From Haliotis cracherodii (taxonomy: Eukaryota): a stretch of 64,000 nucleotides of DNA. The notes below the pieces were generated by a model, which was given only the letters and a program-made list of their open reading frames with translations, made no database searches and was not told the origin of the DNA. This document shows positions 12,301 through 23,330 of the stretch, piece after piece (position 1 is the stretch's first letter; the number at the start of each line of letters is the position of its first letter). The stretch lies in assembly GCF_022045235.1 (NCBI RefSeq), contig NW_027266319.1, positions 35,774,001 to 35,838,000 on the forward strand, given 5' to 3'. The translations under genes and the position numbers were made by a program.

Positions 12301-15300
12301 AGGGAGCTCTCTCGAGGATGGAAGGGGAAGTATTGACGACTGATGGTGAAGTATAGAGGGTGGAAAGGGACGTAGGGAGTAGGGAGGGGGAATTGAAGTG
12401 GATGGATGGAGAGATTTTGTGGATGGAGAGGGAAGTATGGAGTATGAAGGGTTACTACGGAGGGTGGAGGGGGAAGTATAGAGGATGGAAAGGGAAGTAG
12501 GGAGGATGGAGGGGGAAGTAGAGAGTATGGAGGGGAAGAACGGAGGACGGAGGGAGAAGTATGGAGGGTAGAGAAGGAGGTATAGAGGATGGAGAGGGAA
12601 GTAGTGAGGCTGGAGGGTGAAGTATAGAGGATGGAAAGGGAACTTCAAGTATGGAGGGTGGAGGGGGAAGTAGGGAGTATGGAGGGGGAATTACGGATGA
12701 TGAAGGAAGAAGTATGGAGGATGGAGAGGGAAGTAGGGAGGGTGGAGGGGGAAGTAGGGAGCATGGATAGTGAAGTTGGGAGGGTGGCGAGGGAAGCAGG
12801 GAGTATGGAGGGGGATCTGCGGAGTATTGAGGGAGAAGTATGGAGGATGGAGAGGAAAGTAGGTAGGGTGGAGGTGGAAGTAGGGAGCATGGAGGGGTAA
12901 ATACGGGGGATGGAGGGGGAAGTAGGGAGGGTCGAGAGGGAAGTAGGGAGCATGGAATGGGAACTACGGAGGATGGAGAAAGAACTATGGAAGATGGAGA
13001 GGGAAGTTGGAAGGGTGGAGAGGGAAGTAGGGAGCATGGAGAGGGAAGTATGGAGGGAGTAGGGAGCATGGAGGGGGAACTGGGAAGGATGGAGGAGGAG
13101 TATGGAGTATGGAGAGGGAAGTATAGGAGATGGAGAAGTAAGTGAGATTGTGGAAAGGGAAGAAGGGAGTATGTAGTGGCAACTACGGAGGATGGAGGGA
13201 GAAGTATGGAGTATGGAGAGGGAAGTATAGGGGATGGAAAGGGAAGTAGGGAGATTGGAGAGGGGAGAAGGGAGTATGGAGGGAGTAGGGAGCATGGACG
13301 GGGAACTGCAGAGGATGGAGAGGGAAGTAGGGAGGGTGGAAAAGGAAGTAGGCTGCCTGGAGGGGGACATACGAAAGATTGAGGAAAAGTAGGGAGGATG
13401 GAGAGGGAAGGAGGGAGAGTGAAAAGGTAAGTAGGGAGCATGGAGGGGGAACTACGGAGGATGGAGAGGGAAGTAGGGAGGGTGGAAAAGGAAGTAGGCT
13501 GCCTGGAGGGGGACATACGAAAGATTGAGGAAAAGTAGGGAGGATGGAGAGGGAAATAGGGAGTATGGAGGGGATTGCGGAGTATGGAGGGAGAAGTATG
13601 GAGGATGGAGAGGGAAGTAGGGAGCATGGAGGGGTAACTACGGAGGATGGAGAGGGAAGTAGGGAGCATGGATGGGGAACTTCGGAGGATGGAAGGGGCA
13701 GTATAGAGGATAGGAAGGGAAGTGGGGAGGACGAGGGGGTAAGTAGAGAGTATGGAGGGGAAGTACGGAGGATGGAGGGAGAAGTATGGAGGGTAGAGAG
13801 GGAAGTATAGAGGATGGAGAGGAAGTAATGAGGCTGGAGGGTGAAGTATAGAGGATGGAAAGGGAAGTTGGGAGGGTGGAGTCGGAAGCAGGGAGTATGG
13901 AGGGGGAACTGCGGTGGATTGAGGGAGAAGTATGGAGGATGGAGAGGGAAGTAGGGAGGGTGGAGGAGAAAGTAGGGAGCATGGAGGGGGAAGTTCGGAG
14001 GGTGGAGGGGAAAGTAGGGAGCATGGAGGGGGAAATACGGGGGATGGAGGGGGAAGTAGGGAGTGTCGAGGGGGAAGTACGGAGCCTGGAGGGGGAACTG
14101 CACAGGATGGAGAGGGAAGTAGGGAGGGTGGAGAGGAAAGCAGGGAGGGTGAAGAGGGAAGTAGGGGGCTTGAAGATGGAACTATGGACGGAGGGAGAAG
14201 TATGGAGGATGGAGGGTGGAGGATAGAGGATGGAAAGGGAAGTAGGGATTGTGGAGAGGGAAGTAGGGAGTATGGAGGGGGAAGTACGGAGGATGGAGGG
14301 AGAAGTATAGAGGATAGAGAGGAAAGTAGGGAGGGTGGAGGTGGAAGTAGGGAGCATGGAGGGGTAAATACGGGGGATGGAGGGGGAAGTAGGGAGGGTC
14401 GAGAGGGAAGTAGGGAGCATGGAATGGGAACTACGGAGGATGGAGAAAGAACTATGGAAGATGGAGAGGGAAGTTGGAAGGGTGGAGAGGGAAGTAGGGA
14501 GCATAGAGAGGGAAGTATGGAGGGAGTAGGGAGCATGGAGGGGGAACTGGGAAGGATGGAGGAGGAGTATGGAGTATGGAGAGGGAAGTATAGGAGATGG
14601 AGAGGTAAGTGAGATTGTGGAAAGGGAAGAAGGGAGTATGGAGTGGCAACTACGGAGGATGGAGGAGGAGTATGGAGTATGGAGAGGGAAGTATAGGAGA
14701 TGGAAAGGTAAGTGAGATTGTGGAAAGGGAAGAAGGGAGTATGGAGTGGCAACTACGGAGGATGGAGGGAGAAGTATGGAGTATGGAGAGGGAATGGAAA
14801 GGGAATTAGAGAGGGTTGAGAGGGAAGAAGGGAGTATGGAGGGGGGAGTATGGAGGGAGTAGGGAGCATGGAGGGGGAACTGCAGAGGATGGAGAGGGAA
14901 GTAGGGCGGGTGGAAAAGGAAGTAGGCTGCCTGGAGGGGGACATACGAAAGATTGAGGAAAAGTAGGGAGGATGGAGAGGGAAGGAGGGAGAGTGAAAAG
15001 GGAAGTAGGGAGGATGGAGGGGGAACTACGGAGGATGGAGAGGAAAGTAGGGAGGGTGAAAAAGGAAGTAGGCTGCCTGGAGGGGGACATACGAAAGATT
15101 GAGGAAAAGTAGGGAGGATGGAGAGGGAAATAGGGAGTATGGAGGGGGAACTGAGGAGGATGGAGGGAGAAGTATGGAGGATGGAGAGGGAAGTTGGGCG
15201 GGTGGAGATGGAAGTATGAAGTATGAAGTGAGAACTACGGAGGATTGAGGGAGAAGTATGGAGGATGGAGAGGGAAGTAGGGAGGGTGGAGGGGGAAGTA

Positions 15301-18300
15301 GGGAACATGGAGACGGAAGTAGGGAGTATAAAGGGGGAATTACGGGGGATTATAGAGGATGGAAAGGGATGTAGGGAGGGTGGAAAGGGAAGTAGGGAGC
15401 ATGGAGAGGGAACTACGGACTGTGGGGAGGGAAGGTGGGAGCCTGGAGGGGGACATACGAAAGATAGAGGGAGAAGTATGGAGGATGGAAAGAGAAGGCT
15501 GGAGGGTGAAGAGGGAAGTAGGGGACTTGAAGAAGGAACTATGGTCGGAGGGAGAAGTATGGAGGATGGAGGGTGGAGTATAGAGGATGGAAAGGGAAGT
15601 AGGGAGTATGGAGGGTGAACTACGGAGGATGAAGGGAGAAGTATGGACGATGGAGAGGAAAGTAGGGAGTATGGAGGGGGAACTTCGGAGGATGGAGGGA
15701 GAAGTATAGAGGATAGAAAGGGAAGTGGGGAGGATGGAGGGGTAAGTAGAGAGTATGGAGGGGAAGTACGGAGGATGGAGGGAGAAGTATGGAGGATAGA
15801 GAGGGAAGTATAGAGGAAGGAGAGGGAAGTAGTGAGGGTGGATGTCGAAGTAAAGAGGATGGAAAGGGAAGTATGGAGGGTGGAGGGAGAAGTAGGGAGT
15901 ATGGAGGGGGACATACCAAAGATAGATGGAGAAGTATTGAGAATGGAGAGGGAAGCAGGGAGGGTGAAAAGAGAAATAGGGGGCTTGAAGAGGGAACTAT
16001 GGACGGAGGAAGGAGTATGGAGGATGGAGGCTGGAGTATAGAGGATGGAAGGGAAGTAGGAAGGGTGGAGAGGGAAGTAGGGAGTATGGAGGGGTAAGTA
16101 CGGAGGATGGAGGGAGAAGTATAGAGGATAGAGAGGGAATTTGTGAGGGTGAAGAGGGCAGTAGGAAGCATGGAGAGGGAACTATGGAGGGAGTAGGAAG
16201 CATGGAGGGGGAACTGCGGAGGAAGTAGGGAGCATGGAGTGGGGACTACAGAGGTTGGAGGAGGAGTATGGAGAGGGAAGTATAGAGGGTGGAAAGGGAA
16301 GTAGGGAGTAGGGAGGGGGAATTGAGGTGGATGGAGGGAGAGATTTTGAGGATGGAGAGGGAAGTAGGGAGTATGGAGAGGGAACTACAGAGGGTGGAGG
16401 GGAAGCATAGAGGATGGAAAGGTAAGTAGCGAGGATGGAGGGGGAAGTAACGAGTATGGAGGGGGAAGTACGGAGGATGGAGGGAGAACTGCGGAGAAAG
16501 TAGGGAACATGGAGGGGGGACTACAGAGGTTTGAGGAGGAGTATGGAGAAGGAAGTATAGGGGATGGAAAGGTAAGTAGGGGGTGGAGAGGGAAGAAGGG
16601 AGTATGGAGTCCCAACTACAGAGGATAGAGGGAGAAGTATGGAGTTTGGAGAGGGAAGTATATGGGATGGAAAGGGAGCTCTCTCGAGGATGGAAGGGGA
16701 AGTATTGACGACTGATGGTGAAGTATAGAGGGTGGCAAGGGAAGTAGGGAGTAGGGAGGGGGAATTGAGGTGGATGGATGGAGAGATTTTGAGGATGGAG
16801 AGGGAAGTAGGGACTTTGGAGGGGGAACTACGGAGGGTGAAGGGGGAAGTATAGAGGATGGAGAGAGAAGTAGGGAGGATGGAGGGGGAAGTAGAGAGTA
16901 TGGAGGGGAAGTACGGAGGATGGAGGGAGAAGTATGGAGGGTAAAGAAGGAAGTATAGAGGATGGAGAGGGAAGTAGTGAGGCTGGAGGGTGAAGTATAG
17001 AGGATGGAAAGGGAAGTATGGAGGGTGGAGGGGGGAGTAAGGAGTATGGAGAGGGAAGTAGGGAGCATGGAGGGGGAAGTAGGGAGCCTGGAAGGGGACA
17101 TACGAAGGATAGAGGGAGAAGTATGGAGGATGGAGAGGAAAGCAGGTAGGGTGATGAGGGAATTAGGGGGCTTGAAGAGGGAACTAGGGACGGAGAAGTA
17201 TTAAGGATGGAGGGTGGAGTATAGAGGATGGAAAGGGGAGAAGAGAGGGTGGAGAGGGAAGTAGGAGCATGAAGGGTGAACTACGGAAGATGGAGGGAGA
17301 AGGATGGAGGATGGAGAGGGATGCAGCGAGAAGGAAGAGGGAGTAGGGAGTATGGAGGGGGAACTGCGGAGGAAGTAGGGAGCTTGGAGGGGGGACTACA
17401 GAGGTTGGAGAAGGAGTATGGAGAGGGAAGTATAGGGGATGGAAAGGTAAGTAGGGGGATGGAGAGGGAAGTAGGGAGGATGGAGAGGGAAGTAGGGAGC
17501 ATGGAGAGGGAACTATGGAAGGTGGAGGGTGAAGTATAGAGGATGGAAAGGAAGTAGGGAGGGTGGAGAGGGAAGTAGGGAGTATGGAGGGGTAACTACG
17601 GAGGTTGAGGGGAGAAGTATGGACGATGGAGAGGGAAGTAGGGAGCATGGAGGGGTAACTACGGAGGATGAAGGGAGAAGTATGGACGATGGAGAGGGAA
17701 GTAGGGAGCATGGAGGGGTAACTATGGAGGGTGAAGGGAGAAGTATGGACGATGGAGAGGGAGGTAGGGAGCATGGAGGGAGAAGTATGGATGATTGAGG
17801 GTGAACTTTTGAGGATTGAAAGGGAAGTAGGGAGGGTGGAGAACGAAATAGGGAGTATGGAGGGGGAACTGAGGAGGATGGAGGGAGAAGTTTCGAGGAT
17901 GGAGAGGGAAGTAGGGAGTATGGAAGGGGAACTACGGAGGATAGAGGGAGAAGTAGGGAGGATGGAATGGAAAGTAGGGAGCATGGAGGGAGAACTACGG
18001 TTGAATGAGGTAGAAGTATGGAAGATGAAGAGAGAGGTAGAAGGGGTGGAGAGATAAGTAGGTGCATGGAGGGTGAACTCCGGAGGATGGAGTGAGAAGT
18101 ATGGAGGATGGAGAGGGAAGTAGGGAGGGTGGAGGAGAAAGTAGGGAGCATGGAGGGGGAAGTTGGGAGGGTGGAGAGGAAAGTAGGGAGCATGGAGAGG
18201 GAAGAAGTAGGACGGATGCAAGGAGTACAGTGGATAAAAGAGAGGGAAGTTGTGAGGATGAAGGAAGAAGTTAGCATGGTTTTGAGAAATTGAGAATATG

Positions 18301-18800
18301 AAGGGGGAAGTTGGGAGGATGTATGGGGAAGTTGGGAGGATGGAGGGGGAAATAGGGAGGATGAAGGGTGAAGTAGGGAGGATGGAGGGAGATTTTTGGA
18401 AAGATGGGTGGAAGTTTCTGGAGGATTGAGGGGTGTATCAGAGAGAAGTAGAGAGGATCGTGGTAAAATTTGGAGGATGAAGGGGAATGTAGGGAGGATA
18501 GGGGATGGGATACGTAGAGGGGGTTGTCTTGGGGAATACTGGATATGGAAGCGCAGTATGGAATCTGGAGAGGAAAGGAGTGATGGAGATGTCAGGACTA
18601 TAGAATGGGAAATAGCGAGGATGATGGGAATTTGGATGAGAAGCAGGGAGGGAGAAGTAAAGAGATGAGACTGATGGAGAATTCTGGACTATAGAAGGGA
18701 AGCAGGGAGGATGAAGGGAGAAGTAGGAAGTTTGGAGGAGGGTAATAGGGAGGGAGATGTTGGGACGACAGGGGGAGAAGACGGGGATGGAGGTGTTCGT
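9356..18800. repeat. Polypurine 21-bp satellite, block 2, degenerating toward ~18.8 kb
   Basis: Same unit as block 1. 9356-~16375 recapitulates 2191-9013. Beyond ~17.2 kb the units are increasingly diverged. Confidence 0.93.
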
Positions 18801-19935
18801 AGAAGGGTGAGTGTATCCCACCAGCGACACCCGTCACAAACACATGCAAACGTTTTACCTAAAAATATACTCGGGAACATATGGTACAGTAGTGGGATTG
18901 AGGTATGAGCAAGGAGGGAAACTAGGAGCTGGTTCAGAAAGGGGGGACGTGGAAGCAGAAGAAGGGAAGGTAAGAATAGTTCGTTATTTTTTTTCAATAA
19001 TTTTTCGGGGACAATATACATTTTTGCGATTAAAACCCAGGTCCCCAAGAATATCAAATGGTCGGTCCCTAATGGGAGGAGGGAGGTAGAAATTGGTCGT
19101 GAATTTGATGGGAGTAGCTGAGGTGAAGAGAACGATTGTGGAAGGAAAGAGGTGGGAAATAAGGGTCATGGGTGATGAGAGAGGATGAGAATTATAGTGG
19201 GGGGACGAAGGTAAGAGAAAAAATATACTGAAACTGAAATTCAGAGGTAGTTTAGCATTGTCCTCAATGGAATAGTGCAATAATTCCTTTGTTAATGCTT
19301 GCTTAGTTGTTGAGGCCATTTGTGAAAATTAATGTCGGATAAACAAGAGAAACCTGATATGAACTAGGTCTGGCACATTGTAATCTTTCGGGACTTGTAC
19401 AACTAACGTTGAACACTGCCACACGTGTCTCCATATATGTGTGATATAGCAAGGGGACTTGATTTTATGGTTCATCATTTGATTGTCTGGTTTGTTTACA
19501 TGCCCCGTGGCATGGCAGGAGTACTGCTGCATAATTTCTTATACAACCTGTAGATCAGGAAATGCTTACCACTTTTGTCAACACCTGGTGTCATGACTGA
19601 TTTTTATTCAAAAAGATTTCCATGGCTATTTTGCCTTCACGAGCAATTGAATCTAATTCGTATATATACTTGCTATATCAATGCATGTGTCATCAGTGCT
19701 CATCAGACTGACCCACCTTTTGTGTCCAGATCATGAAACATGTACCATTCATCCACGCTTGTTTTTAGAATATGTTAGTGACAATGGCAGCTAGTTGTGA
19801 AAAGTGATCTATGGAAGACCAGCTGTGACATGCATATCATATCAACTTATGATCAGTGCTCATGAGAGTAACACCTTTTGGTTTCCATTTTAGAAAACCT
19901 TTACCTGTCACCCATTCTTGTCTTAGGAGTGTCAA

Positions 19936-20534
19936 GGTCAAATCAGCTCCTGGCTATGAATATTATATGATGGAGGACCAGCTGTGACCTGGTTCGTTGT
20001 ATGTCATCATGGTTTGTCTGGTCCAGACTGAAATACCTTACATGCCGCCACTATACAGCTGTAAGATTACGAACTACTTCAATCACTCACCCATTGGTTT
20101 GTTTACCATATGTTCCACGTGTGTGTTGCTGAATTCAGAGAAACAACTCAGGCTATAAAAGTATAATACCGCTGTATCTGTCTATTGGTTTGGAAAATGA
20201 TACAGGTACTCACTCACATCTTACCAACGTATGGGTCAAATCAGCTGCGGGATATGAATATTACTTGATGGAGGACCAGCTGTGACCTGGTTCGTGGTGT
20301 GTCATCGTAGTTTGTCTTGTCGAGACTGAAATACCTTACATGCCACCACAATACAGCTGTAAGATTATCCATTTCTTCAATCACTCACCCATTGGTTTGT
20401 TTACCATAACATGTTCCATGTGTGTATTGCTGAATTCAGAGAATCAACTGAGGCTATAGAAGTATAATACCGATGTATCAGGTCTGTTGGTTTGGAAAAT
20501 GATACAGGTACTCACTCACATCTTACCAAGTATG
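19936..20534. repeat. Local ~298-bp tandem duplication private to the first unit
   Basis: ggtcaaatcagct...ctcactcacatcttaccaa starts at 19936 and again at 20234. It is single-copy in the other units. Confidence 0.85.
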
Positions 20535-21409
20535 TTCCACATTTGTTTTAATCCCATCAGAGGAATCCATTCTCACCTTGACAGTCAAACTAAAGCATTT
20601 CTGAGCTTTTGAATGAGAAAATATCAAACTTCCGTCTCAGTGGACATATTGTATGTTGTCTCTTGTCACTATATTGTGGCAATATTGCCAGTGTGACGTA
20701 AACGTTTAACTCAATGTCAGACACAGTAATAAAAGAAACTGCCCACATGTTCTCTTAATATCTGGTGCAAAGTATATGACAAATAATCTAAGTTATATTA
20801 AAATTTGATATTTCCGGGAGTAAAAGCATTTTACATAAACATCTCTAAGTCATATATTTGTTGGTTTCAAGAGTCTGCCAACCCCCTTTTGGTATGCTGA
20901 TGCCCATATTGCAATGTTGAAAATGATATTTCGTCTTTCTTTTCTTGCAAGGACTGACAATTCTATAATAGATTTGGCTCTAAGCTAATGAGCTTACTTG
21001 GCCATGCATCGTATGTGAAATATCAATTCAATTTACTTGCATCAGCTGTGAACACTGATATTACTCAAGAATCACAAATGTGACATTAATATTGTTGCAA
21101 TTTATGGTTCAAGTTAAATTGCTCTCATCAAGCATTGTTTGTGCAACACTGAGGGTTAAAATCACAGAATATAATGGTGGCTTTTTGTTGAAGATACATG
21201 CTGATACTTCATGACAATTTACAACCTTGTTCATTTACAACAGTCATACACACTGAGTGAAATCACCAAGACTATGCTGTTAACTATCTATAATTGGTTA
21301 CTGAGAAACCTTCTGCGATGATTAGCAATGTACTTTCACTCAAATTGTTCCTCTACTTTAACAAACCACACAATTCAACTTCAATTGTTAAAATAAAACA
21401 TAACTACTA

Positions 21410-21552
21410 CTTAGACTGCAAATTGATATTTTATTATGAAACCACTGTAGACATAAGTTAGAAACAAGCACATGTTTTTCAGTTACATACTAAATAAACG
21501 GCCTCCAACCTCCCCTCACAGCCGTCCCTTTCCACACTTCACATACACAAAA
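21410..21552 (-). other. Putative non-coding terminal (3' UTR) exon with polyadenylation signal, gene copy 1 (homologues in every unit)
   Basis: Minus-strand acceptor-like cactgtacag| at 21553 and AATAAA at 21435-21430, followed by a T/GT-rich stretch. It pairs with the donor aacag|GTAGGT 22 nt after the stop codon (23309). Inferred, with no transcript evidence. Confidence 0.45.
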
Positions 21553-21599
21553 CTGTACAGTGACATGTTTCCACTGTACATTTTTCATTACTTAGTAGC

Positions 21600-23260
21600 A
21601 GAGCGAATATATAGATGGTTCACGGTGAAAAAACAGGAAATAGTAGGATAGTCGAGACAACATGAAGATAAGAGATAATACAAGACAGGAAACTGTAGTT
21701 TAGTAGAGGGAACACTAAGATAATAGCTAGTACAAGTAAGAGTAGGATAGTAGGGGAAACATATAGATGGTGCAAAACACAACGCTGGAGAGACTAGGAT
21801 AGTACAGAGTAGAACAGTAAGACAGTACATCGTACAAAACAGGAAGAGAAGGATAGTAGAGGTAGATAGTAGATGATAGATAGTAAAAAGGTGGAAAGAA
21901 TGGGATAGTAGAGAAGACTTTACAATAGTAGGTAGTACTAGGAAGGAAAGAGGATGATAGTCATGGTAGTAGAAAGAATAAAATTAGATATCAGACAGCA
22001 CATGACAGGAGAGAGTAGGATAGTTGAGGTAGAAAGTAGATCGTAGATAGTACGAAGGTTGTGGAAATGGGATAGTTGAGAGGATATTAAGATAGTATGT
22101 AGTAGAAGGAAGGACAGAGGATGATCGTAGAGATATAAATAAATAACAGACAGTACAAGGCAGGGGAGAGTAGGATAGGAGAGACAACAATAAGATATTA
22201 GATAGTACAAGGCAGGAAAGAGTAGGATAGTGGAGAGAAGAAAATTAAGATAGCAAATAGTACAAGACAGGAGAGAGAGAGTAGGATAGAAGAGACAAGA
22301 GTAAGATAGTAGACAGAATAAAATACCAAAGAGTAACAAAGTAGAGAGACATCGCTAAGATAGTAGATAGTAGAAAAAAATGGGACAGTACAGGGTGGAG
22401 TAGCAAGGGTTGGTACTGAGAAATGTTTAAAGGGAAGAACAGGATAGCAGAGAATGTGGAGAAGAAGAAAATAACAAAGTACAGATTTGAAGGAAAGCAC
22501 AAATAATGATTGAGTATGATAGTAGTGTAGTGTAGGACTGTACTTAGGCAAGTGTAGGGCAGTTAGGATAGTGAATGACTGGAGAGTGCATATATAAGTT
22601 TCGCAGTACACAGTAGGGTAGTGTTGGACAGTAATTGAGAGGATAGTGTAGGTCAGTAGAGAGTAGGTTAGTGTAGGCCAATACAGTGCAGTGTTGGAGA
22701 GTATCCAGACAGGAGAGATAGTAGGATAGATAAGGGAAGTATAGAGTAGGGTAGTAGTGTATGACAGTAAAATTGTGTTGGATAGAATAGGATAGTACTG
22801 AAGAGGGCAGAGTACGTCTGTACATGGTTGGGTGGTTTAAGGACAGTACAAAGTAAAGAAGAGAATGACAGTGCACGGTAGAGTAGGAATGAGTGAGTGA
22901 GTGAGTGAGTGAATGTGTATGGTTTTCCAGAGCTTTTAGCAATATTCCAGCAATATCACGGCGGGCGACAACCAGAAATGGGCTTCAGACACTGTATACA
23001 TGTCAGGATTCGAACCAAGGTCTTCGGGGTCACAAGCAAAAGCTTTAGAGTAGTATATGAAAGTACATTGTAGACTCGAGTAGTGTATCACATTACATGG
23101 TAGTGTAGATTAGGCCAGTACATGGTAGTGTAAGGTAGTACAGTACATACTAGAGTAGTGTAGGATAGTACACAGTACAGAAGTGTAGCATAGTAGATGG
23201 TAGTGTAGAGCACAACAGTACAAAGTACTGCAAAAACAATGACTGTTAGCTAAAGACATG
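21600..23260. repeat. Degenerate AG/TAG-rich ~55-60-bp minisatellite region (putative intron 3); homologues at ~29.7-31.0, 35.9-38.0, 44.3-46.4, 51.9-54.0 and 59.3-61.2 kb
   Basis: Recurrent aagatagtagatagtacaaggcagg...gtaggatag motifs. Length varies between units. Confidence 0.8.
22890..23046 (-). mobile_element. tRNA-derived SINE, 5'-truncated (A box deleted)
   Basis: B box GGTTCGAATCC and (ACTC)n tail on the minus strand. The head present in the other copies is deleted after aagcttt. Confidence 0.8.
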
Positions 23261-23330
23261 AAAATCATGTATAAACATCAACCTAACTATACAGCAATCT
23301 ATACCTACCTGTTCCCTGCCCTTACAGTGT

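Larger units (their letters stand above)
1849..16375. repeat. Tandem segmental duplication / higher-order repeat of ~7.2-7.4 kb (1849-9013 and 9014-~16375)
   Basis: Landmarks recur at offsets drifting from 7165 to 7363 (ORF pairs 2396/9561, 7902/15265, 8426/15789; gagctctctcgagg at ~4993 and ~12304). Confidence 0.9.

Noticed and set aside
2209-18277. Very long Pro/Ser/Leu-rich minus-strand ORFs (up to 765 aa; extensin/mucin-like)
   Set aside because: The pyrimidine-rich strand of a 21-bp repeat rarely forms stops. ORFs are open in several frames at once, and their boundaries differ between the two duplicated halves.
2191-18800. CRISPR array or telomeric repeat
   Set aside because: There are no constant repeats with unique spacers, no cas genes and no TTAGGG-type arrays, and the context is eukaryotic.
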